64,000 bases of DNA from Haliotis cracherodii (GCF_022045235.1 NW_027266341.1:37076001-37140000), one strand, 5' to 3'. Shown: positions 52,468 to 64,000, numbered from the stretch's first letter. Notes: a model not told the origin generated them from the letters alone. Made by a program: numbers and translations.

Positions 52468-55400
52468 ATGTACTTTCTGAAACGTGGATGGATACTTCTC
52501 ACTCTGACTGCTTTTTGTGAGTATATACATGCTATATGAGTTTTTGGCCATCGGGGAGAACTTACTGCGTTGGAAAACCACTAATATCACTGACACCACC
52601 CAACCATCCCACCATCCAACCACCCCACCACCTCAAAACCCAACCACACCACACATGCCCTATATATTGATGCATTTTGAAATACATTACTGAAACCTTA
52701 ATGTTGAAACAACGTGTCCTGGGATTTTTTCGGGTAATATTGTAGTTTTACAAGCTTCTATGGTTGTAGTAAGTGTACGTGTACCCCAAACGCGGCTCAT
52801 ACACGATAAGGTAGTGTGAGTGATCAGTTGGGTTTAACGCCGCTTGTGGCGTTGTTTCTGTTATAGCACGACGTTTCAGCGTGATGTGGGAGGAACGCCC
52901 GAAGTGATGCGGGTTTTAGACGTTTCACAATTTGGTACAACCCACGAATACGACTATGTTGCGAACAAACCTGGAAACATGATTGGGAATTCGAACTCAC
53001 AATCTGTGTTTCCCCCAACAACTAAGGGACACAACTCTGTACAGTTAATTCCGGCGCCATATGCGACTGGGTCACCCGTGCCCCCATTTAGAGTCTTGAT
53101 GTGTGTTTACGAGCGTAATGACACCGATGGTCTTGTTTTAAAACTGTTTTAGTGTCACGATGAATTATATTTCAAGCGATGATAGAAATCCTTGGTTAAT
53201 GTACACTACATGATATCTGCACGTAGGGCATTTAGACACTGTTAAGTATGTCTGCTGACATGTATTTACGTTCACTGCGCATCTCGAATGTCGTGTGTTA
53301 GGCTATCGACAAAATGTACGTCGCAGGGGAGAATAATGGAATATAAGTCAAATCGTCCAACAAATAAATTGAACTGATTTATTTTACAACAGGTCACGTA
53401 TTCTGTACGGCAAACGTGAATGGGAGTAGCGCCGATACGTGCTTACACTATGACGTCACTGCGACATATATAAATCTCGTTTCGTAACGTCATGGCACTG
53501 TATGACACCACCAATGCAACGTCGCTGCACGTAAGAAATTGTAGGAAATACGTAACTATGCACGTTTGTATCCATTTGCTACAAAATAAGCACACTAACA
53601 TAAAGAAAAATGTTTTTTATAGCTGAACATTTGATCCATAACATATTTGAAAAAATAGTGGAGTTAATTTAAACATATGCTATTAATTATACTTTGATGT
53701 TAAACTGAAAAGCCGGTGAGTGGTTTCCCTACGAGTCTCTATAGGAAAGTTTGAGTGTGGCAGCAGTAGTTACACTTTGCGCCGAGCACAACAAATGAGT
53801 CGCCTTCATATTTCAATTGGAAACTTAGATTAAATCGCCGTGATTTGAAAACTTCTCCTCTCAGAAACAATTAACTACTCTGAATTCAGACAAGCGGACA
53901 TTCGTGATAATGATAACGTGAACCCATAACAGGAACATATTCACACATGCACGCATTTTTCGAAATAATTGTCATTTAAATTGAGTCACATTCCCTGACG
54001 TGGGATGTATACACGGAGATGAATTGCGCAATTGATTTTCGCTCACTTTAACAGCGGAAACTCCGATATGAAACGTCAATGAAATATCTAAATTCATATT
54101 TAAACGAGTGCATTGTACATGTATTGTACATTATTTATGGTACCAAATATAAGCATTTGCTTTAACCGGATGCTGTTATAGCTTATGATCCAACGTATGA
54201 CAATAGCATACTCTGTCAATGACCTGTGTCACTTGGTGCTATCACACCCTGATATAACTGAAATACTGTTTGAAGCGGCATGGCACAATATAGAGTGTCT
54301 ACCCTGTTTGACCAACACTGTTCAACATTCGACCACCTTCTTGCCTTAGTGGATAGAGTGTCTACCCGGTGAGAAGAAGGTCGGAGGTTCGATCCCCAGC
54401 CGCGTCAGACGCAAAGACGTTAAAAGATGGTACTTGTTGTTACCCTTCCTGGCGCTCTACATTAAGGGACTAAAACATGGACTGATTGGCTTGGATTCAG
54501 TATACTGTGTCCGGGCGGGGTATTCGTGTTAAACTCCGACATTGTATCTCAGTGTGCTAGCACTATGAAATCGGCATTAGTCCGGACTAGTACAAGCAGC
54601 CACACACACATACACATGCTTGCACGTCGCTTATATAAGTGCAATAATCTTGAATGCGACGTTAAACCCCATGTCACCTCTTCTGTTCTACATTGCTTTA
54701 ACAAAATGTGCGAGGTTTCTTAATTCAGAAGGATTATCAGTACTTGATCATTCATCAAGTTCGATTACTTTTGATTTATTTTGTCTACGAAGATTATCAA
54801 AATATGGACACGGTACTATAAAAACGGTATTTATCGGTAACGGTAAATCATTCTTATTAAAATGATTACAAGTTCTGTCTTCGGGTCAATTTTTTCCCAT
54901 CACCCCTTCTCTATTGCTTATGTGTGGTTAGTGGAGTTTTTCTCAATGATACGAATACTAAGAGATGGCAAATAACATTTTAATTTTCTTTTATGTCAAA
55001 TAATCTATCAAATAAAACCTGTCGAAAAGTATTTACTGAACCTGTCCATCTGACATACGTCGACAGAATATAAGTTTTGACATTCAATTTTTCAGCCTAT
55101 GCCTTTGACGTGTGTACCGAGTATGGGGATTTTCATACCAAGACACTGACGTGTCGCGATTTATGCTGTGGGTCACGTTCTTTCAAATATTGTTGGTAAG
55201 TATAAAAAAAAATACTGGCGAAAGGCTTTGACAATGTCCGTGTGCGGGGAGGCAATATATCGCAATAAAAGGCGACTTAATTGGATCGGATGGTCAGACT
55301 CAGTGATGATAATGACTCTGATAATCGAGACTGAATATCCTCTGGCGTTATATTCATCATACTATCAATCACTGGTTTGTCTGGCCCAGCTTTGGTATAG

Positions 55401-56950
55401 CTGTACTAATTCGTGTTTCTTCTAGCTCAACTAGACGTCTGTCAGCAAAGAGTATTGGGGTGGTCGTGACTTGTGTTGTATTCGTGATCGCCTTAATTGT
55501 CGGAGCACTCTACTGCTGTAGGCTATATCAAGGCCCCCGGGGGCGCGTCGTGACCACCAACCAACAACTAGCCGTCGTACAGACAGGTACTACACATACT
55601 CCATCAATAAGTCGTACTTGTGTTGATGAAATGACACATAACAGCTACAGTCGTTATCTTTATTTGACGAAACAAATGGATACTTCCTATCTGGTTTCAT
55701 CACTGATTTCCAGTGGTCCATTCATATACTATTCACAGCCATTTTGCCCTTTACACCAAATGGAACCTGTTTCGGCGGATAATCAAGACTGGTTATTCTC
55801 TTACATTGACCATGTATATTTGCATGGTGTGAAGGTGTTGATTCACAACGTATGTTGTGCTTTTTTCGTTGTGGTTTTCTTTCTGAAAGTCTCTGAGAAA
55901 GTCTTTTACTTCTGACATGATCAAACACATAAGTGAGTGAGCGAGTGAGTGAGTATGGTTTTACGCTGCAATATTCCAGCAATATCACGGCGGGGGACAC
56001 TAAAAATGGGCTTCACACATTGTACCCATCTGGGGAATCGAACCCGGGTGTTCGGCGCGACGAGCGACGGCTTTAACCACTAGGCTACCCCACCGCCCTC
56101 AAACACATAAATAATATTGGCAAGAGGGCGATTTTTCTTTAACTTCGAGAGAAATTCTAAGTACTTGTTCTTGTACTTGTACAGGGGGTAGTATTAAAAC
56201 ATGACATGCTTCTTATCATTACGAATTTGGCTGCGCTGTTGTCTTACTATATACCACCTCCGTGGTCTATTGGTGGAGGGTCCGCCCGGAGAGCGGAAGG
56301 TCCGGGGTTCGATCCCCGACCGCGTCAGACCAAAAGACGTTAAAAGATGGTACTTGTTGTTACCCTGTCTAGCGGTCGGCATTAAGGGGCTAAAACAAGG
56401 ACTGGTCGGCTCGGAGTCAGTATACTGTGTCTGAGTGGGATATTCATGTTAAACTGCGGCATGGTATCTCAGTGAGCTAGCACTATAAATCGACATCAGT
56501 CCGGACTAGTACAAACAGCCACACATACATACATGTGCATGCACGGTCGCTATATAAGTGCAATAATCTTGGACGCGATGTTAAACCCCATTTCACCTCA
56601 CCTGTTTTAGTATATGCCTTTAAGGCTGATGCAGAATAACTGACTGCCGTTGCCAATGTGAAGTAATACCCTTACTAGCCTCGCTATAATCAGACTCAAA
56701 TGTATCCTTTATCCTTTATCCAGGTACAAACCCCACCGGTGCTGCATATAATGCAGGATACATCTACCCACCTCAGCCTGCTCCAGGTACGTACTGCCCC
56801 CAACCTGCAGGGACGGAACAACCCCCACCACCCTACTTCCACAGACCAGGGCCAGTCTATGCTCCAACAACAGGAGAAGCATTTTCTCCTTTTACACTCT
56901 CTGAAACCAACTCTGAAACCAAAGCCTTGACAACCAGTGGGCAGGTTTAA
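52468..56950 (+). CDS. Shisa-like/CYYR1-like single-pass membrane protein, paralog D (178 aa; 4 coding exons; inverted relative to the cluster)
   Basis: Exons 52468-52516 (49 nt, MYFLKRGWILLTLTAF, GTGAGT donor), 55096-55195 (YAFDVCTEYGDFHTKTLTCRDLCCGSRSFKYC/C), 55426-55586 (TM then YCCRLYQGPRGRVVTTNQQ) and 56724-56950 (GTNPTGAAYNAGYIYPPQPAPGTYCPQPAGTEQPPPPYF...SGQV*). Phases 1-2-1. Confidence 0.88.
52815..53085 (-). mobile_element. SINE family 2, diverged
   Basis: GTTGGGTTTAACGCCGC...GACTGGGTCACCCGTGCCCCC. Confidence 0.75.
54332..54682 (+). mobile_element. tRNA-derived SINE, family 4
   Basis: A box (GCCTTAGTGG), B box (GGTTCGATCCCC) and a body shared with 56254-56604. Confidence 0.85.
55933..56098 (-). 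mobile_element. SINE family 1 in intron 3 of paralog D
   Basis: Full length; TSD TCAAACACATAA. Confidence 0.9.
56254..56604 (+). mobile_element. tRNA-derived SINE, family 4
   Basis: CCACCTCCGTGGTCTATTGG..GGTTCGATCCCC..GTTAAACCCCATTTCACCTCACCT. Confidence 0.88.
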
Positions 56951-57062
56951 GACAGCCTGCGGTGGTAGAGAATCACGTAGCTAATAGGCAATAGAGTTTA
57001 CTACAACATCTGTTGCGTGAAAAGGGGTAAGGTAGCCCGGAGGGCAATCTTCTATGCATGTA

Positions 57063-57236
57063 CAGTCAAACACCGTTGTGTCGAACTTTGATTTGTTAGC
57101 ATCCTTGTTATTTCGAAGTAAAAGCTTGGTCCCTGCGTATTCATTCTTTATTCACCATTTTCGGTTGTGTCGAACCTCAGATAACTCGAATTATTTACAT
57201 AGGTCCCTTCAACTTCGACACAGCTGTGCTTGACTG
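57063..57236. mobile_element. Tigger/pogo-like MITE just downstream of the paralog D stop codon
   Basis: TIRs CAGTCAAACACCGTTGTGTCGAA / TTCGACACAGCTGTGCTTGACTG with a TA TSD. Confidence 0.82.
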
Positions 57237-58213
57237 TAATTACATTGGACCTAGTTTCTTCTATAATTACATTGGTCTATTATGTCCCGGAGTTTTATCA
57301 TCAGCTCAGTAGCATTTGTCAGTCATGTTGAGTCAAATACAAAAACATGTTCGCCCGAGTCACCAAAACCCAATCCACCCACACACCCACACCCACACCC
57401 ACAACCACATCCAATCCACCCCAACACCCACGCTCACACCCACACCCACACCCATCCACCCCCACGCCCACGCCCACGCCCACGCCCACACCCTACACAA
57501 TCCACCCCTACCCCCACCGCCACTTGTTCACAGAAGATTAAAACCAAAATTAACATACCATTTTCAGTTTCAACAAATTCAGTAAATGCGATATCGTGTG
57601 ACTTGATTTCTGGTCCTTCACTTGATTGTCTTCTTCTGAGTTAGTTGTGTATGTTACATACATGTAGGACCAGTCATTGTATCATACCTACGTTTGATTC
57701 ACACCACGTTTTACGTGATGCGTCAAAACAACCGCACGCAAACATAACGTACGTGTGTGCGTGCGTGCGTGCGTGCGTGCGTGCGTGTGTGTGTGTGTGA
57801 GAGAGAGAGAGATAAGTACTTTCGCCGTGCGTCACTTCTTATTGTAACGCAGTTGTGTATCATTATTTCCATTGAATAAGTATTTGATGTTTAAAGATAA
57901 ATATTTTGCATTTGTTTCGGTCTGTTTTGTCTGTCACTTTGTCCGTAAATGTATGCGACGTGGCATAGGGTATGTTCTAGCAACCACAGACCATTACTCA
58001 TTGCATAACTAAAGGATCGATGTATGACACAAAGTCAACACCCTGAGAAACACTCGTCCTTATCGTATTGCGGAGATTGGATTGAAAGTCAGACAAATTC
58101 TGGATGGTTCAGTATTTGCAGGGACATATTTTTCTAAGTGAGGTCGAGATCTGTTGGTAAGTGCGAGGTAGGATAAAGAACCTTTTTCTGACAACTTGGC
58201 CTTTTCATGTCGT

Positions 58214-58471
58214 AAGTCTTTTACTTCCGACATGATCAAACACATAAGTGAGTGAGTGAGTGAGTATGGATTTATGCTGCAATATTCCAGCAATATCACG
58301 GCAGGGGACACCAGAAATGGGCTTCACACATTGTACCCATCTGGGGAATCGAACCCGGGTGTTCGGTGTGACGAGCGATGGCTTTAACCACTAGGCTACC
58401 CGACCGCCCTCAAACACATAAGTAATATGGGCAAGAGGACGATTTTCTTTAACTTCGAGAGAAATTCTAAG
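58214..58471. repeat. Local duplicate of ~55900-56161, including the family-1 SINE and its TSD
   Basis: Same flanks (AGTCTTTTACTTC.GACATGATCAAACACATAAG ... TTTAACTTCGAGAGAAATTCTAAG). Confidence 0.9.
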
Positions 58472-58864
58472 GGTGAGCAAGTTCGTGACCCAAGAGTCAC
58501 GATAGGGAAGCATACGCTACGACGATATGTCGACTAACAATATGCCCAAGGACATTCGTCGCTGATGACGTCACTGTCGAGAATCGATCCGGGAGATGCA
58601 AAGTACTGGCCCCTTTGGGCGTAGTTACCCTGGGTCTGCCTGTTCTTGGTCTGATCTCTGCCCGGTCTGTCTGTAACGTTGCATCAGGTTACTTACAGTA
58701 ACACTGGAGCAACCAAGAGGTCTAGAAATGTGGGCACGGGTGGCTCCCATCTGTATCATACATACCCAGGGTCCGCTCGCGTTGTTCGGGTGTCACACGT
58801 GGCATTCTGTGGTGGTTATTTATCAGTGTGATCGTCTGATATGCAGTCCGTATCATTTATATAC

Positions 58865-59018
58865 CCTTAGAGGTTAAAGTGTTCGCTCGCCACGCCAAAG
58901 ACCCGTGTTCGATTCCCGACATGGGTACAATGTGTGAAGCCCATTTGTGGTATCCCCACGCCGTGATATTGCTGGAATATTGCTAAAAGCGGCGTAAAAC
59001 CTCACTCACTCACTCACT
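58865..59018 (+). mobile_element. SINE family 1
   Basis: GGTTAAAGTGTTCGCTCGCCACGCC..GTTCGATTCCC..AAAAGCGGCGTAAAACCTCACTCACT. Confidence 0.82.
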
Positions 59019-59184
59019 ACAATTGGAACGTTAGATTATATCATCTGGATTTTAAATCTTTAAATCTCAGAAAAAAATAAATACTCTGCATACAGATCAA
59101 CGGACATCCCCAATAAGGTTTTACAAGACAACATGCATTTAGGATAGCAGGTACTGATGTTGCTTCAATGAATGAGGGTGTGGC

Positions 59185-59410
59185 CCATTCGCTGTGCAGA
59201 GTTGCGTCCCTTGGGCACGCCAGAAACCTATGATTGTGGGTTCGAATCCCGGTTCGACCAAATTATGTTTCTAGTTTGTCAGCACCATACCCGTGCTTGT
59301 GGTGAACGTCGAAGACCTGCATCCCTTCGTCCTTCCTCCCACATTAAGCTGACACGCCGTGATATAACTGTAATAATCATAAAAGCGGTGTTAAACCCAA
59401 CTCACTCACT
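59185..59410 (+). mobile_element. SINE family 2
   Basis: Family-2 body and tail. Confidence 0.8.
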
Positions 59411-59911
59411 GTTTTGTGGGAGCAGTTCTGTGTGTGCTGTGCTCATTGAAGAGCAGGAGAGCGTGACGACAATGTACACCAACCACTTCCTGGTCTATGT
59501 TATAAGGGCCTGTTATTTAAGTTCTATTTTAGTCTGAATACAAATCATGAACGATATCCTTGTCGCATTGTGGTCATGCATACATGCCCTCAATATGATG
59601 GCATTACGAAATAGTGTAAGCTAGAAACATCTACAAGCATTTTTTTCTGCAGATATATCAAATGATGGGATTTCGTGATCGGTGCACATAACGCTCCCGA
59701 ATATAGCCTCAGCTGTACAAACAAAGCACACACATATATACCACGACAAGGTTATCAGGTCACCAGCTATGTCACATCGTCATGGAAACAATCGAGTCTG
59801 GGTCAGACAAACCGGTGACTGAAAGCATCAGCAGCCATTCGTGTCAGCGGAGCACAGATGCAGACTATCAGTCCAGTCGCACATTTAGAATATCATCTGG
59901 CAGCGCATACG

Positions 59912-60074
59912 AGTGAGTGAGTGAGTGTGTGAATGAGTATGGTTTTATTCCAGCAATATCACGGCGGGGGACACCGGAAATGAGCTTCACACATTGTACC
60001 CATGTCGGGAATCGAACCCGGGTCTTTGGCGTGACGAGCGAATGCTTTAACCACTAGGCTACCCGACCGCCCCC
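59912..60074 (-). mobile_element. SINE family 1
   Basis: TSD CAGCGCATACGA. Confidence 0.85.
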
Positions 60075-62271
60075 CAGCGCATACGATATAAATCTACGTT
60101 GATATTGCAATGATATACTGCTCTACTGTATGGTGTGCGGAGTTGTGTCCTTAGGTTGTAGTGTGGTACCTTTATTAATGAACGGAGTTCTCTCCCTCAG
60201 TGTCAAACACAAAGAGGACCTGAACCCGTCGTTCTGAACCCATATGCACCATGTTCGACGCTACGACTAACTTCTTCCCCAGTCTGTCGCTAAGGCGCTA
60301 TGATCCGTCTTGCATAGTTGCGCCCTTGGCCGATTCAGGATCTGCTGATCGCCGGTTCGAATCCATGAGTCGAGTAGAATATGACCTTCGCTTTGCTTCA
60401 GCCATGCATGGCTCGTTGGTGAGACCAAATTGGTAAGCTTCGTGACCTGCACCATTTCAGCTGACTGGACGTGAAATTACAAATATTTACTGTTCAAAGC
60501 CGTATTTGTCCCATCTGAATCCCACCCAATGTCTAGATAAAACACAAATTCAACTTACGAATACTTTTTTATTGTCGATGTATAGCCTGGGAGGATTGTA
60601 TCCAATTTAAATTCACAGACAGATGTGAATCTTATACATGTATTGATAACCTAAACTTTAATTATTGTGATGATGATATGGACAATATGGCCTAAAAATA
60701 AGACGGATCGTATAATTGTGTAATGAAAAGGCCATTTGTTTACCAGGCCCATTTTGTGCGTATCGGGGCGAAAAGGACAGATGCATCTTCTCCTTTCTTT
60801 CCTTTTCAAACTGCTGCACAATACCATGCATGTATAACAAAATAGAATCTCACCACAACTGTTGTAAAGAAAATAAATTAAAGGGCAGAATTACAATTTG
60901 TTAAAATTACATTTCATTAAAAAATATATATCTTAAGAGAGCATATTCCTACATCTGCCAAAATATAACAGAGTACATGTTAGCTTTAATGGCAAAGAGA
61001 GGAGATTTAAGTTAAAGAAACTATCACGATATTGTAAATAAAAACATCACAGATGGACATACTATTTATTATAATGTACATCATATTCTCACATGCACTT
61101 CATGTGGTTGTCATCTTCATATGAACATAGAAAGTATGGATATAAACAATATACATATTTACAAATATGAATGATATGTTCAATTGATACTGAATTACTA
61201 GCATTGTTTCCGCAGGGCATACATCCGTGAATCTCCAGACATGCTACACTATGTTTCTCACATTGCACGTTATCATTCAAACATACCATTGCATAAACAC
61301 GTGTTAATAACAGCCCAGTGCCACTAGGTCAAACAAACTGAATGTTTAATGAAAAGCGATATAATTACTTCAACATTGGAGATTCGGGTTCTTAGGGCAG
61401 TGTTCATCCATGGTGAGTCACAAGGTAAGACCTCATGCAACTTTGTTCAAGTTTAATGAAGGTCAGGGTGTGTTAAACGTAAACGTTGCTTATCCCACCG
61501 TGGGGGTTATATTATGGTTATATTGTTTACCGTCACTCTTTTGTTCTAAAAATAATTCATGGCTGGTAGTCATAACGCATTGTTTGTATCGTGCACAGAA
61601 AGGGAGTTTCCAATTCAGTACTTAATTCACGTATGGTCCTCCAGTCTTTAAATATCGCTCGGTGCTTACCTTTACGAAGAAAATATGGGGACTACTAATG
61701 TGACATAAGGTATTCAACGATGGCAAAGTTACCTGGATAGCATTTACATGAAATACTAATTCATAATGCAACTAATTTAGATGATGTGTTCATTTTAACT
61801 ATTTATATAAACTAAGTAAATGTAAAATATCTTAAATGTGTTCATTGAAATTCCGGTAAATAGAGGTTCATTAACGTCTTTAATTGCTTCTGACAATCTT
61901 CCATGCCGCCTTAAACATTGCATCTTCAAGCCTCTTGTTTCAGTATGGCATCACATCCCACTGACAGACCATGTTTCAGACGCTCTAGAGATGGTGAATA
62001 TGACACGGTTCACACAGTGGGCTCGGGTGTACCTTAGTTGTTTGCGTAGTGAGGTCTGGTCGTTGATTGGGATTACCAGAGAGAACAAGTGATCTGGATG
62101 GGGATTTCATATCAGGACTAGCACCATTTACAAACCTGTCCTTGCGGAGACCACGTGTCTGTGATCAAATACCATACATACTGTGTGCAACATGTCATTC
62201 CCTAATTTGTTTTACAACTCTGTCATTGGAACCAGGAGTGTCCACATACATGAAGAATTAAAAAAAAAACG

Positions 62272-63459
62272 CCAGAGAGTTATCAGTCTCGACAATATGC
62301 CGAAACATATTGCATGGCGCGTTAAAGGCAACATGGTAATGAACTTAATTTAACTGGATCACTGAAGATCCGTGATGACACCAGGTGTTCGCGAAAAGGG
62401 TAAGCATTTCCTGCTCTACCGGAAGTAGACTAATCATTGTTCTTTTCTTGTCGATTATACGATATTATGTGTTTAAGTACATGGATGTGCAAGAACTGAA
62501 TATGTCTGTTTGAATTCCTTATGTGGAAATATTGTGCCTCCAGGATATATGTTAAATATAAGTCATTCCGATTAAACACCAGTATTCGAGAACCACAAAT
62601 TCATGTCCGTAAATATGGACCAGTATATGTACATATAAAATGTTGAAATACTAATCGCAATAGTTGACAACAAATGCAATATTTATTAATTTCTTTAAAA
62701 AACGTCAAAACATGTAACTTTCCAACAGGAAATTTTAACTAGTATTTGATCAATGCACATAGCCGGTGTGAAATACTATAAATGATCAAATTGGTCAGAT
62801 CATACTTAATAAATCTCTCAATATTCATTGCTGTTGATCACCCAGCCAACATATATAAAATGAGACCAGAGAGTTATCAGTCTCGACAATATGCCGAAAC
62901 ATATTGCATGGCGCGTTAAAGGCAACATGGTAATGAACTTAATTTAACTGGATCACTGAAGATCCGTGATGACACCAGGTGTTCGCGAAAAGGGTAAGCA
63001 TTTCCTGCTCTACCGGAAGTAGACTAATCATTGTTCTTTTCTTGTCGATTATACGATATTATGTGTTTAAGTACATGGATGTGCAAGAACTGAATATGTC
63101 TGTTTGAATTCCTTATGTGGAAATATTGTGCCTCCAGGATATATGTTAAATATAAGTCATTCCGATTAAACACCAGTATTCGAGAACCACAAATTCATGT
63201 CCGTAAATATGGACCAGTATATGTACATATAAAATGTTGAAATACTAATCGCAATAGTTGACAACAAATGCAATATTTATTAATTTCTTTAAAAAACGTC
63301 AAAACATGTAACTTTCCAACAGGAAATTTTAACTAGTATTTGATCAATGCACATAGCCGGTGTGAAATACTATAAATGATCAAATTGGTCAGATCATACT
63401 TAATAAATCTCTCAGTATTCATTGCTGTTGATCACCCAGCCAACATATATAAAATGAGA
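62272..63459. repeat. Near-perfect 594-bp tandem duplication downstream of paralog F
   Basis: Copy 1 is 62272-62865 and copy 2 is 62866-63459. They look almost identical by eye; the one difference noted is CTCAATA vs CTCAGTA. Confidence 0.95.
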
Positions 63460-63639
63460 CATCTGGAATAATTCTCAGTAGTCATGCATAGTGTCTCCTG
63501 AGCATAAAGATAAAATTGCAGATTTAATACGTATACGTAATTAATACATATATCAAACTGTAAGAGAGTATACGTATGTCTCATAGTACTCACTTCATTT
63601 AGTTTTAAATCATTATTATCTTCGTTTCCATACCCCCAA

Positions 63640-63920
63640 TTATGCTGAAGGTGTGTATGTGTGCTCGTCTGGAGGGGGAGCCGAAGATTTGGAATCAGGT
63701 GGTCCATTTTGTAAGGGAGAGGCCGTTGCTGCCGTTGGGGAATATGGTGGCAGAGGCATTGGTGGATATTGTGGCCCCGCCATCGGGGGACTGGGTTGTC
63801 CCGCCATGACGGTGGAATACGATGGGGGTGGCTGTGCCATTGCTGTTGATTGGGGGTAGTAGATTGGAGGTTGAGCTGGGTAGTTGTAGCCTTGGTTGAC
63901 AGTTGTTGTGTTTACTGTGC
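63640..63920 (-). CDS. Last coding exon of a sixth Shisa-like/CYYR1-like paralog F (upstream exons lie beyond the window)
   Basis: Acceptor TTTCTCCCACTCAG ending at 63921, phase 1. Reads TVNTTTVNQGYNYPAQPPIYYPQSTAMAQPPPSYSTVMAGQPSPPMAGPQYPPMPLPPYSP...PPPDEHTYTPSA*, clearly homologous to the tails of A and B. Confidence 0.85.
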
Positions 63921-64000
63921 CTGAGTGGGAGAAACATTAGGTAAATAGAAGCAACAGAACCCTTTCCATATTCCAAAAACATCTCTGCCGAAGCCAGAGT

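Noticed and set aside
56700-56930. ORF-track protein MYPLSFIQVQTPP...
   Set aside because: Wrong frame. The real exon is 56724-56950 in the PPPPY-containing frame.

Overview
AT-rich, repeat-rich eukaryotic genomic DNA, probably from a mollusc/gastropod (inferred from the SINE and Penelope-like repeat content). There is one 140-N assembly gap at 31413-31552. The supplied ORF track is mostly spurious because the real genes are spliced. Assembling exons by hand reveals a tandem cluster of six paralogous single-pass membrane-protein genes of the Shisa-like/STMC6 type (CYYR1/WBP1/VOPP1/TMEM92-like; ectodomain C-C-CC-CC). Five are complete: E 3980-10726(-), A 18187-25791(-), B 28546-32044(-), C 38670-44298(-) and D 52468-56950(+). 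The sixth, F, shows only its last exon at 63640-63920(-). All complete copies share a 49-nt signal-peptide exon and phase 1-2-1 introns. Their ectodomain loops and cytoplasmic motifs differ markedly (Cys cluster, PPxY, acidic-His-x-Tyr, PDZ-type end). Between the genes lie several SINE families, a mariner transposase relic, a Penelope-like RT fragment, an inverted pair of hammerhead ribozyme motifs, MITEs, a TTAA-flanked TIR element, several satellites and two local duplications.
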